DNA of 64,000 nucleotides from a bacterium (GCA_016786595.1 JAEUWB010000001.1:2504-66503), one strand, 5' to 3'; shown: positions 34,493 through 43,358, counted from the first letter of the stretch. Made by a program: numbers and translations. Notes: generated from the letters alone by a model not told the origin.

Positions 34493-35382
34493 CGCCATTA
34501 ATTAGAAAAGACTTAAGTGCATTATCAACAGCGATTCCTTACATCAAAGCATTTAAGGGCAAAACATTTGTTGTTAAAATGGGCGGCGACCTTTGTGAGT
34601 CAGAGCGCGCAATTCATGATATCATCGAGCAGATCACCTTGCTGCAGCAGCTTGGAATTAACGTCGTGCTTGTTCACGGCGGTGGCAAACATTCTACTAA
34701 GCTTGCAGAGTCGCTCGGTATCAAGACAGAATTTGTCAACGGGCGGCGGATTACTTCAAGTGTGGCACTAGAAGTCTTAAAAATGTCCTTCTTAGGGACG
34801 CTGAACACGAACATTCTTCTTACAGCACGTAAGATTGGCTTAAGTGCAGTAGGCTTAAGTGGGATTGATGCAGACTTAATTGTCGCGCATCGTCGCGGAC
34901 CAGTTAGTGTCAAAACCGATCAAGGCACAGAAACTGTTGATTTCGGACATGTTGGCGAGATTGATAGCGTTAATACGACATTGCTTAAGAATTTAATTAG
35001 TGACGGTCTTGTTCCGGTGATTGCCTCCTTGGGAGCGACTCGAGAAGGCGAAGCATTAAATATTAACGCTGATACAATTGCTGCCTATATTGCTGTAGCA
35101 CTTGGTGCAGAGAAGTTAATCTATACTACTACAGTCGATGGGGTTTTTGACGACATTAATAACCCGGCAACATTACATTCTGTCTTGACCCAAAAAGAAA
35201 TTGAATCAATGCGCAGCAAGGGATTAATCAGCGAAGGTATGTTACCAAAGCTTGAGACGGCGCTCTGGGCGCTGGAGCGTGGCGTAAATCGTGTGCACAT
35301 TGTCAGCGGGTTTTCGGAAGACAGTATTTTACACGAAGCTTTCACGAATGAAGGCGCAGGGACGATGATTACGAAGGAGTAA
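34489..35382 (+). CDS. argB: Acetylglutamate kinase
   Basis: 297-aa ORF with FVVKMGG, VLVHGGG and NINADT motifs. The 4-nt overlap with argF' indicates translational coupling. Confidence 0.93.
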   Translation: MTPLIRKDLSALSTAIPYIKAFKGKTFVVKMGGDLCESERAIHDIIEQITLLQQLGINVVLVHGGGKHSTKLAESLGIKTEFVNGRRITSSVALEVLKMSFLGTLNTNILLTARKIGLSAVGLSGIDADLIVAHRRGPVSVKTDQGTETVDFGHVGEIDSVNTTLLKNLISDGLVPVIASLGATREGEALNINADTIAAYIAVALGAEKLIYTTTVDGVFDDINNPATLHSVLTQKEIESMRSKGLISEGMLPKLETALWALERGVNRVHIVSGFSEDSILHEAFTNEGAGTMITKE

Positions 35383-35398
35383 CCTAGCAGTTATTAAT

Positions 35399-35483
35399 TT
35401 AGGCTTCGGCATGAACTTCGACTTTACCTTTTCCTGATCCATGGCAGAAAAAGAATAAGGAAATGTTCAAGTTCAAGCCGAAG
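35399..35483. repeat. Family-1 palindromic element (divergent copy)
   Basis: Arms TTAGGCTTCGGCATGAACTTCGAC... and ...ATGTTCAAGTTCAAGCCGAAG, between argB and argD. Confidence 0.6.
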
Positions 35484-35508
35484 AATCAATGGGTCCGTAA
35501 ATCACAAT

Positions 35509-36708
35509 ATGACAACAGAACAAATTATCCAACTCAACGACACTTATCATGTCAATAACGCCCGTCGTTCAAAAATAGTTTTTTCGCATGGTGAAGGTTC
35601 TTATTTATATGACCTAACTGGGAAGAAATATCTCGACCTTTTGGCGGGCATTGCCGTAAACACTCTGGGCTATGATCACCCTGAATACACAGCCCGCGTC
35701 ACTGATCAATTCAAAAAACTAAGCCACATCTCCAATTTCTTTTATACTGAAGCGCTTGCGCTACTGGCTAAAAAACTCGCCAAAATCACAGGTCTCAATC
35801 GATCTTTTTTCTGTAACTCTGGTGCCGAGGCCAACGAAGCCGCATTTAAATTTGCCCGTAAATGGGGCAAAGAAACCAAGGGCGAAAACTGCTTTAGAAT
35901 TGGAAGTTTTAAAAAAGGCTTTCATGGCAGGACCTTTGGCGCGCTTTCGGCAACACATAAAAAAGCCTATCAAGATGCTTTTGCTCCGCTTGTCCCTGGT
36001 TTTTTTGAACTTGACCCGCATGATAGTGCGAGGATGGACCAAGAACTAGATGCTAGTGTTTGTGCAGTAATTGTCGAGCCGGTGCAAGGTGAATCGGGCA
36101 TTCATCCTCTCCCTGACCAATGCCTGCAAGGACTGCGTAAGCTTTGCACTGAAAGAAAGATTCTTTTGATCGTTGATGAAATTCAATCTGGGATTGGGCG
36201 CACTGGGAAGTGGTTTGGCTTTCAGCATTCAGGAATTAAACCTGATTTAATCACCATGGCAAAAGGTCTTGCTGGTGGAGTGCCAATCGGAGCCTGCACC
36301 ATGAGCGAGGATGTCGCCGCGCATATTCAACCTGGTGACCATGGATCCACTTTCGGTGGTAACGCCTTGGCTTGTGCGGCTGGAGTTGCAACGCTTGAGA
36401 TTATCGAAAAAAGTAACTTAATCGAGAACGCGCGAGTAACCGGTGATTACTTAGCTGCAGAGTTAGAAAAAATTCAGGCCGAGCTTAATATTTTTAGTGA
36501 AATCAGGCATCGCGGGTTAATGCTTGGGGCCGACATGAGGAAACCTAAAGCCAAAGAGATTTTCGCACAGGCGCTTGAAGCTGGAGTTGTTTTAAATGCT
36601 GCTAGTGAGCGTACTTTGCGTTTTGTGCCGCCTTTAATTTTAACTAAAGCTGGCGTTGATGAAGCAATTGCCAAATTAAGACCTTTGTTTGCAGGGCTTA
36701 CAAATTAG
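35509..36708 (+). CDS. argD: Acetylornithine (or succinylornithine) aminotransferase
   Basis: 399-aa ORF of the class III PLP aminotransferase pattern: FCNSGAEANEAA, DEIQSGIGRTGK, TMAKGLAGG (PLP lysine). Confidence 0.92.
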   Translation: MTTEQIIQLNDTYHVNNARRSKIVFSHGEGSYLYDLTGKKYLDLLAGIAVNTLGYDHPEYTARVTDQFKKLSHISNFFYTEALALLAKKLAKITGLNRSFFCNSGAEANEAAFKFARKWGKETKGENCFRIGSFKKGFHGRTFGALSATHKKAYQDAFAPLVPGFFELDPHDSARMDQELDASVCAVIVEPVQGESGIHPLPDQCLQGLRKLCTERKILLIVDEIQSGIGRTGKWFGFQHSGIKPDLITMAKGLAGGVPIGACTMSEDVAAHIQPGDHGSTFGGNALACAAGVATLEIIEKSNLIENARVTGDYLAAELEKIQAELNIFSEIRHRGLMLGADMRKPKAKEIFAQALEAGVVLNAASERTLRFVPPLILTKAGVDEAIAKLRPLFAGLTN

Positions 36709-36787
36709 CGATTGTAGTTTTTGTGTTACTTGACTATATTTCAGTCCGTTATATTTCTGGCTAGATCTTAAGGCTCGAATTGATAGG

Positions 36788-37168
36788 ATGACCATGTCAA
36801 CTAAGAACAAAATTACTTTTTTTATTTTATTGACATTATTCCCGCTACTTGCGGCAGCTGAAGACCAAATCCCTTGGGAGGCGTCTGTTGATAATTGGGG
36901 TAATTCTCCTTTTAATTACGAAAACTCCAAGTTTAATATCGCCAATTCACCTGATACTTTTGCAAACAGTAAAGATAATCCCAATCGCATAAATATTAAA
37001 AACTTGCTGGGTATTGTTACCGGCTATGCAGTGGCAAAACCAAACGGTTACGTTAATTATTTTGACAATGATGGCGACAGAATCGGCTATTCGCTTGATG
37101 GCGGAAAAACTGCCTATGACGATTCTGGTAAGCCTACGACTTTCAAGGTTAGTAAAAATTCAGAATAA
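36788..37168 (+). CDS. Hypothetical secreted protein
   Basis: 126-aa ORF with a signal peptide (...LLAAAEDQ) and an Asn/Asp-rich mature region. No family recognised. Confidence 0.55.
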   Translation: MTMSTKNKITFFILLTLFPLLAAAEDQIPWEASVDNWGNSPFNYENSKFNIANSPDTFANSKDNPNRINIKNLLGIVTGYAVAKPNGYVNYFDNDGDRIGYSLDGGKTAYDDSGKPTTFKVSKNSE

Positions 37169-37254
37169 CTGTCTAGAGTTGGTCCTAGAGTTAATAGGGC
37201 TTGCTGCAATCATTGTGTAACCTTTGATTTGGCAAGCCCCGGGCGATTTTGTGC

Positions 37255-37290
37255 CTAGGCCACGGAGGGACTTACTATGCCGTGGCCTAG
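37255..37290. terminator. Hairpin between convergent genes (candidate terminator)
   Basis: Perfect 11-bp stem CTAGGCCACGG / CCGTGGCCTAG with a 14-nt loop, overlapping the stop of ORF 37287-37832. Confidence 0.5.
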
Positions 37291-37832
37291 ACTTCGTTCT
37301 TCAAATAGCCTCGAACCAGAGTAACCAGACGATAGACATCCGTTTTTTGTAAACTAGACTCAACCGGCCAAGTAACAGCCAGTCGCGCCACTACCCGTTC
37401 AGGGATGAGATGCAACGCCGGATCTTCAAGCTGAGTTTGAACAAAGTCCTTGATTTTCCCTGCAAGCCCCTCAACCCCGCCAGTTTCTTTGATCAACACT
37501 TGCAAACATCCTTGAATCTTTGGAGTGCTTCCCAATAGCAACAGCGCTAGGGTTAGAGCCGCAAGATCGTGTCGTTCCTTGCACTTAAGTCTACAGTGCC
37601 CAAATCGTTCAATGACGGTCTTTTCATCTGGATTAGGCCAGGGATATTTGACGAAAGTGCCTTTTGATTTTTTTGACCCATCATCAAACTCCACATGCGG
37701 ATCCCAAAGCCCAACATGGAGACAGAACGGCAGAAGTTCAATCAGACCAGGATGTCCAGCCTTAATTGACTCGATAACTTTACCCATGCCGAAGAGTGGG
37801 TTTTGCGCGTGGAAATTGCTAGCAGCAACCAT
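37287..37832 (-). CDS. Hypothetical protein, possibly 5'-truncated
   Basis: 181-aa ORF. The reading frame stays open a further 27 codons upstream (to about 37913) with no canonical start and no SD before the ATG. No family recognised. Confidence 0.45.
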   Translation of the reverse strand: MVAASNFHAQNPLFGMGKVIESIKAGHPGLIELLPFCLHVGLWDPHVEFDDGSKKSKGTFVKYPWPNPDEKTVIERFGHCRLKCKERHDLAALTLALLLLGSTPKIQGCLQVLIKETGGVEGLAGKIKDFVQTQLEDPALHLIPERVVARLAVTWPVESSLQKTDVYRLVTLVRGYLKNEV

Positions 37833-38128
37833 TCCGCAAGTGAGAATGCCATGATAGCGATCCGGGCACTCACGAAGAAGCCTAAGTTCAAAAAATACTT
37901 GATAATCAATGATTTAAAAGAACAAATGACAAATGTAGACAGAACAATCCAATGTCAGGCGGGCTAATCTATCACAGGCACACAGCTAAAACCAAGATCA
38001 GAGTAAAACTAAGTGCTGACTTAACAACCAATCAAGTTAAAGCAGATCAAACTTTCAACTATAGCAGTGAAATCTGCATAAAATATTCTACTAGACTATA
38101 CTCCTAATTTATCGTATAATTCAGGAGT

Positions 38129-39295
38129 ATGTTCGGCAGAGCTATTAAGATATTGAATTCTAACAGTTTTTTCCTATTTGGTGCTAGAGGAGTCGGCAAA
38201 ACTACGTTGATTAATCGACGTTTTACAAAAGACGAGCTGCATACAATCGACCTACTCAGTGACAGGGAATTTTATCAATACGATACAAATCCAGATCTGC
38301 TCATCAACCGCGCTAACCAACTTCCAGGCAGTATCAAGTGGATATTAATTGACGAAATCCAACGCGTCCCGAGGTTGCTAAACGTCGTGCATAAGTTAAT
38401 CGAAGAAAAACTAATTAACTTTGCTTTGACTGGATCAAGCTCTAGAAAACTCCGCCGTGGCGGGGCAAACCTTTTAGCTGGACGCGCATTCGTCTACAAT
38501 TTATTCCCCTTAACCCACGTTGAACTTGGAGAGCAATTCAATCTCGATCGTGTACTATCGTTTGGCAGCTTACCGAAAGTTTTTAGCTTACAAACAATTG
38601 AGGAAAAATCTTTATTTCTTGAAAGCTATGTTCACACCTATCTGAAAGAAGAAATTGTTGCGGAGCAATTAGTGCGTAACCTTACACCCTTCAGGAAATT
38701 CCTCCAGATTGCCGCACAAATGAATAGTCAAATTATTAATTTTAGTTCAATTGCACGCGATGTTGGCGTAGACCCAAATACAGTAAAGACGTATTTTAGC
38801 ATTCTTGAAGAAACGCATACAGGAATGCTGCTTGAAGCTTCAGAAAAATCTGTGAGGAAGCAGCAATCTCAAGCTCCCAAATTTTATCTATTTGATACTG
38901 GCGTTAAAAGAGCCTTAGACAATAACATCAACGCTGACGTTTCACCGCAAACATACGAGTATGGTCGCTTGTTTGAAACATTTTTAATTAACGAAATCCA
39001 TCGTCTCAACTATTATTTTCGAAGAAATTACGTGCTTTCATATCTACGCACAAAAGATGACGCAGAAATTGATTTGATCTTGGAACGAAAAAACGAGCCG
39101 CCAATATTAATTGAGATTAAGTCTAAGGATCAGATCAATGCCATTGACACGCGTAGCCTAGATCGATTCAAAGATGTTTTTCCAAAAAGTCGTTTACTCC
39201 TTTTAAGCCTTGACTCCGCAGCAAAACGCTTTGGGAAAGTTGAAGCCTTGCCGTGGCAAATGGGGTTAAGTGAACTTGGATTAACTAAAAAATAA
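38129..39295 (+). CDS. AAA-family ATPase (COG1373 / DUF4143-type)
   Basis: 388-aa ORF with an AGGAG RBS, Walker A GARGVGKTT, Walker B LIDEIQRVP, and a C-terminal DUF4143-like region ending in a restriction-endonuclease-like EIDLILE...IEIK. Confidence 0.85.
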   Translation: MFGRAIKILNSNSFFLFGARGVGKTTLINRRFTKDELHTIDLLSDREFYQYDTNPDLLINRANQLPGSIKWILIDEIQRVPRLLNVVHKLIEEKLINFALTGSSSRKLRRGGANLLAGRAFVYNLFPLTHVELGEQFNLDRVLSFGSLPKVFSLQTIEEKSLFLESYVHTYLKEEIVAEQLVRNLTPFRKFLQIAAQMNSQIINFSSIARDVGVDPNTVKTYFSILEETHTGMLLEASEKSVRKQQSQAPKFYLFDTGVKRALDNNINADVSPQTYEYGRLFETFLINEIHRLNYYFRRNYVLSYLRTKDDAEIDLILERKNEPPILIEIKSKDQINAIDTRSLDRFKDVFPKSRLLLLSLDSAAKRFGKVEALPWQMGLSELGLTKK

Positions 39296-39315
39296 AGGTG
39301 GGGAGCTAAGGCAAT
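39294..39315. repeat. Cassette-boundary inverted repeat, forward copy 1 (AAAGGTGGGGAGCTAAGGCAAT)
   Basis: Near-identical to 40439-40460 and reverse-complementary to 40339-40355. Lies just 3' of ORF 39366-40169. Confidence 0.8.
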
Positions 39316-39365
39316 TGCTAAACCTTGGAATTTTACAAACGCAGTCACTCCCCCAGCAAGTCAAT

Positions 39366-40169
39366 TTACGCTGACAACTTCTGCGGATCACCTTCCAAAT
39401 GATCGCTTGAATAGTTTGCCAGTCCGCCTTGAGCAATGACGCGAATTTCACGACCTTTCGGATCCGTTGTCAGGTGAATGAAATGGGCGCTTAAGTCCAG
39501 CACTTCACCAATTTGCCTGGCGAGGAGTTCACGTAACTCGTCAACTTCTTCTGGAAGCACCTTTCGCAGCTCCTCGGTTAATTGCAGGTTAACAAAGAGC
39601 GCATATTGCATTTCTGCGCTTGCTGCAGAGGTTTCGACCTTGCCAGTTAACGGCACTGCCAAGACTTCACCATGAATCTGCTTTCCGAGAGCGCTGCATT
39701 TAAACGAGTAACGCTTGGCCGTAAGGTTGCTGCCCACACGACTGCGTTTCAAAAACTCAAATGCCGATTCCGGGATTGAGATCTCCGCCACTTCGTAGCC
39801 ATATCCTTCGCGGTAACGCAGGATTCTTATAGCTGCGGCATGTCGATTTGGCGCCCCACGTTTGTAATCCATGCGCAACATCACAAGCCCCAAGGCATCT
39901 CCTGCTAAAATGCCTTCCGTCCAAAGCGGCAAGTCTTTCACAAACCTGGACTGAGGATGGACCCTGGGGTCGAAAGTAAATTCGAGGCTATTGCCACTAA
40001 GTTTATAGGCAACACATGAATCAACCAGAGGTTGAGAGAGATAAGCAATCCCGACGTGCGATTCTTCTGCGCCCGTGCGCTGGGCAAAAGCCTGTAACGC
40101 AGAAGCAGTTAGAGGGAGTGATGACGAAAAGCCGACAAAGCATGTCGTTGTGAGTATTGGTCTTGTCAT
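39366..40169 (-). CDS. Hypothetical protein (cassette unit 1)
   Basis: 267-aa ORF, G+C-rich relative to its flanks, with an N-terminal hydrophobic/signal-like segment. No family recognised. Confidence 0.6.
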   Translation of the reverse strand: MTRPILTTTCFVGFSSSLPLTASALQAFAQRTGAEESHVGIAYLSQPLVDSCVAYKLSGNSLEFTFDPRVHPQSRFVKDLPLWTEGILAGDALGLVMLRMDYKRGAPNRHAAAIRILRYREGYGYEVAEISIPESAFEFLKRSRVGSNLTAKRYSFKCSALGKQIHGEVLAVPLTGKVETSAASAEMQYALFVNLQLTEELRKVLPEEVDELRELLARQIGEVLDLSAHFIHLTTDPKGREIRVIAQGGLANYSSDHLEGDPQKLSA

Positions 40170-40338
40170 TTTTGTTCTGAGTTAGGCAGACGAATCCGCC
40201 GAATGTCCTCCGAGATTTCAGAGCAGTGCTCGGCCGAGCAAAGCTGTCTTAAAATGGTTGGCACCACCTCAAGACAACTTTGCTTCAAATTTCAAGCAAA
40301 ACAATAACTCAGGGACTTACAACCTTAGATAAAACTTT

Positions 40339-40355
40339 ATTGCCTTAGCTACCAC
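40339..40355. repeat. Cassette-boundary inverted repeat, reverse copy 1 (ATTGCCTTAGCTACCAC)
   Basis: Pairs with 39297-39315. Together with 40439-40460 it forms a ~120-nt imperfect palindrome between the two ORFs. Confidence 0.8.
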
Positions 40356-40438
40356 TGATCACAGCGCATAAGGGCACTGTCGTGAGTGGCAATTAAGAAT
40401 TCTTCTACCGATATTGAGATTTAGTTGAAAATAGATTT

Positions 40439-40460
40439 AAAGGTGGGGAGCTAAAGCAAT
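40439..40460. repeat. Cassette-boundary inverted repeat, forward copy 2 (AAAGGTGGGGAGCTAAAGCAAT)
   Basis: Identical at 21 of 22 positions to 39294-39315 and reverse-complementary to 41932-41948. Confidence 0.8.
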
Positions 40461-40627
40461 CAAACCATCCGAAGCATTCCAAAAGGAAAGTGCTCCCCAA
40501 ACCAAAAACATTGCTCTCGAGACTTAATCAGTCACGAAGAGGTATGAATGTATGAATCCAGGCCGACGCCCTCGATCACTGTTACCAGGCCGAGGGTCGT
40601 CAGCTGTTTGCGCTTGTCGAGCTGCTG

Positions 40628-41458
40628 TTAGGCGAGCTGAAGTTCGCGCGGGGTTTCGAGCTTGCCGTCCTGGACGAGGCTGTAAATCCAGCCAAGTCCG
40701 TAGCGGGCAACGAGCTCCGGAGCGACGTATCGCTTGTCTCCAGCGAGGATTAAGTTCTCCGGCTTGAGGCCGGTGGCTTCGGCCAGCTTGGGAGCGATCG
40801 CCTGAAGGACCTCGGATTGCTCGAGCTGAGCGGCCGTCATCGGGTGCTGAGCGTAGAACAAAGGCAGATAACCTGCCTCGCCTTCCTCGCCACGCACATC
40901 CGTGAGCTTCAGGAAGAACGCTGTCACCGGAACTTCGGCCGTCTCGCCATTGAGGTGAGCCGAGATCTGGAGCTGAACGCCTTTCATCGTTACCGAATCG
41001 CCCTTGCGACACTGGGTCGCCATGAGCATGTACTCTTGCTCCGTAAGAGCAACGGCTGGCGCGTCCTGGGTGCCAAACTTCGGATCATGGAGCTCGAAGA
41101 CAAGCGCGTAGCTGACTTCTTTGCTCTGCACCGAAGTTCGCTCCGCAACGAGCAACACCTGACCGACCTTGCCGTCCTCATCGTTCAGCAAGTCGTAGAC
41201 GAACTCGGGGAGTTCTCCGCCATCTTTCAGCTGCTTCGGCTGACCGTTGATGAAAAGCTCGGTCTTGCCGTTGCTCTTCTGCGCCGTGATGGCGCTGCTC
41301 GAAACGACCGGGATGTTTACCGGAATCATCTCGATGCTCATCGGATTCGAAGCACCGGGCTTGCCGAAGATCGGACGAAGCGCAGCGGCGGCGAGGATCG
41401 CGAACGACGAAAGGCCGAACTTGCCGGCTTGAGTGATAGCAGTTGCGTATCTGTTCAT
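40628..41458 (-). CDS. Hypothetical protein (cassette unit 2)
   Basis: 276 aa from the ATG at 41458 (MNRYATAIT..., with a signal-like FGLSSFAILAAAAL). The track ORF extends to a TTG at 41569. Strongly G+C-rich, with five stop-free shadow ORFs overlapping it. Confidence 0.55.
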   Translation of the reverse strand: MNRYATAITQAGKFGLSSFAILAAAALRPIFGKPGASNPMSIEMIPVNIPVVSSSAITAQKSNGKTELFINGQPKQLKDGGELPEFVYDLLNDEDGKVGQVLLVAERTSVQSKEVSYALVFELHDPKFGTQDAPAVALTEQEYMLMATQCRKGDSVTMKGVQLQISAHLNGETAEVPVTAFFLKLTDVRGEEGEAGYLPLFYAQHPMTAAQLEQSEVLQAIAPKLAEATGLKPENLILAGDKRYVAPELVARYGLGWIYSLVQDGKLETPRELQLA

Positions 41459-41784
41459 TGATGTGTGTTTGTGCGTGGGGTACTGAGAACTAGCCCCATT
41501 ACGCTTCCTTTTTTTCAGCAGCAAGCCAACCTGGGGAAACCCCAAATTGATTCTCACAAAGCTGCCCAAAAAGAATAATTAATTCCCTCTAGGCAACTTT
41601 GCGTAGTCTTGCTGTGATTGCGAAGGAGACCAAATACATTTGGTCGACTGCGGCAATCTGTTCACTGAACTGATAAAAAGAATCAAAAAATGGTTAGGAG
41701 AGATTGCTTCGTCGGCTAACGCCTCCTCGCAATGACTCGATCATACCGTTTCCCATTTCCATACATGTGAATATACTTAAAAGC

Positions 41785-41915
41785 CCTTATTAGATTTGAG
41801 GTTGTGCCAAGTTCGACGAGCGGGAATTTTTACGATGCCGACTGTATTGTAATAAACGAGGCGGAGAAAAAATCTCCCGCGAGGAAGAAATTGGCCAAGA
41901 TCGAACCTAATAAGG
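41785..41915 (+). repeat. Family-3 structured element, copy C
   Basis: Outer stem CCTTATTAG... / ...CTAATAAGG. Inner stem GCGGGAATTTTT / AAAAAATCTCCCGC. Apex CGATGCCGACTGTATTGTAATAAACGAGGCGGAG. Nested inside cassette unit 2. Confidence 0.75.
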
Positions 41916-41931
41916 ACTTTTAAAACCTTAA

Positions 41932-41948
41932 ATTGCTTTAGCCACCAC
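41932..41948. repeat. Cassette-boundary inverted repeat, reverse copy 2 (ATTGCTTTAGCCACCAC)
   Basis: Pairs with 40442-40460. Confidence 0.8.
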
Positions 41949-42404
41949 TAATCAGAATAGACTTCACAGAAGCCCGACCCAAAATAGCGGTAACTAATCC
42001 CCTTCTACCCGTATTCAATTGTTATTTGCTTCACACCCTAAAATCACACGCGCACATTCCAGACTTATTTGTTCTGGAAATTTTTTGAAGATCCGTTTCG
42101 ATTTATTTTGTGTGCACAGAAGTTCACACAAAAATCGAAGTCTTGATGACAAAATCCGACGTACAGACGTGTCGTGAAGCAGCTCAACCAAGAATAAACT
42201 CTCTATTGAGCGAACGGCTGTGTATCAATTCTTGTCGACACAGACAAGTGGAATATGAGTGAAATATTAGATGTTTATTATTTGTTTTATAAATACTCTA
42301 ATATAATCGTGTAGTTATATAAGCTATCTTTTTAGCGTGTTTTATTGCCGTGTATACATAATGTTTCACTGTTATAGGGCCATTCTTGCAGAACGGCTAG
42401 AATT

Positions 42405-43157
42405 TTATTGATAGCACCTTGCTTGCTGCCAAAGCATTTCAAAGTGCTCTCGAAAACCCTTAGCAACTGCCGCATTAAAAATCTGCACCACCATCACATC
42501 AGCCCCGTAGATCTCAATTGTCGTTAAATCTCCAGCAATGCGGGTAAAGCTTGGCGAAGAAAGACCGGTTTTCATTGTTTTTAAAATATTAAGCTGATCC
42601 TTTGCCAATTTCTCCTTGTGCACATCTGAAGTGGACTCAGGAGCGATTAAATATTTTCTAACCTTTAATTTAAGTCCAAGCTTGCGATAGTCTTCATAGC
42701 GACTGCCAATTGCCTCATAAAAGAGCACATCAGCAGCACCCCCAATAATGCGAACGATTTTATCAGTCTTACTTGCCGTGCGAAGCGTCAGCTCCAAATT
42801 GCGGAAAAACTCTTCGCGTCCATATAAAACTTTTACGTCGAGACGGTCCGGAGAGCTTGATTGCAATGCAGAAAGCTGCGGCAGCAGTTGGAGTAGTTCC
42901 CGGCCCTTAGCTTCGTGAAGCTCTTTTAGGGTTTCAGGATTAGCGGCTTGAAATAATTTTTTACCGCGCTTAATTACCCAGTGAACAAGCTTTCGCTGGT
43001 GCAATTTTTCCAAGGCTGCATAGACGAATTGGCGATGTAATCCCGTGCTGGCAATCACTGGGCCAGCATTTGTCGGGCCAAGCTTTAAAAGCTCCGTGTA
43101 AACCTGAGCTTCGTGCTTGGTGAGATCGAAATGCGACAAGGAATCAATAATACTCAT
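42405..43157 (-). CDS. TrmB-family transcriptional regulator
   Basis: 250-aa ORF with an N-terminal winged HTH (FDLTKHEAQVYTELLKLGPTNAGPVIASTGLHRQFVYAALEKL). Paralogous in layout to ORF 47248. Confidence 0.8.
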   Translation of the reverse strand: MSIIDSLSHFDLTKHEAQVYTELLKLGPTNAGPVIASTGLHRQFVYAALEKLHQRKLVHWVIKRGKKLFQAANPETLKELHEAKGRELLQLLPQLSALQSSSPDRLDVKVLYGREEFFRNLELTLRTASKTDKIVRIIGGAADVLFYEAIGSRYEDYRKLGLKLKVRKYLIAPESTSDVHKEKLAKDQLNILKTMKTGLSSPSFTRIAGDLTTIEIYGADVMVVQIFNAAVAKGFREHFEMLWQQARCYQ

Positions 43158-43172
43158 GATTACCGGATAAAA

Positions 43173-43239
43173 TTAACATTTTTTAACAGTATAGTCGGGT
43201 TTTTAAAAAATGTCATCAAGAAATATTGACATTTTTAAC
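43173..43239. promoter_or_regulatory. Three copies of TKACATTTTT(T)AA in the divergent TrmB/MFS promoter region (candidate operator)
   Basis: TTAACATTTTTTAAC (43173-43187); inverted TTAAAAAATGTCA (43203-43215); TTGACATTTTTAAC (43226-43239). The last two form a 12-bp-arm palindrome. Confidence 0.4.
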
Positions 43240-43276
43240 GTGCCTGATAGAATTCAGCTGGGCTTAATACATCGGG

Positions 43277-43330
43277 GCTTAGATTTGGAAAGCTTTTAAG
43301 AGAAAAGGTTAAGGTCAAGTTCAAGCCTAA
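43277..43330. repeat. Family-1 palindromic element (degenerate copy)
   Basis: Right arm GAAAAGGTTAAGGTCAAGTTCAAGCCTAA, with only a partial left arm (GCTTAGATTTGG). Confidence 0.45.
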
Positions 43331-43358
43331 AACTAAATCTCAAGGTCTGTAGCAAGTT

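Noticed and set aside
37878-37899. AAGCCTAAGTTCAA motif resembling a family-1 arm
   Set aside because: The order of the submotifs is scrambled relative to the family consensus, and there is no partner arm. It is probably a chance match.
40524-41461. ORFs 40524-41012, 40552-40767, 40817-41461, 40990-41181 and 41247-41432
   Set aside because: These are mutually overlapping shadow frames of the G+C-rich ORF 40628-41458/41569. Their translations are Arg/Gly/Pro/Ala-rich, as is typical of off-frame high-GC sequence.
39294-41948. Calling the tandem units a bona fide integron
   Set aside because: There is no intI gene, no recognisable attI, and no clear R'/R'' GTTRRRY core sites in the repeats. 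The region is reported as cassette-like only.
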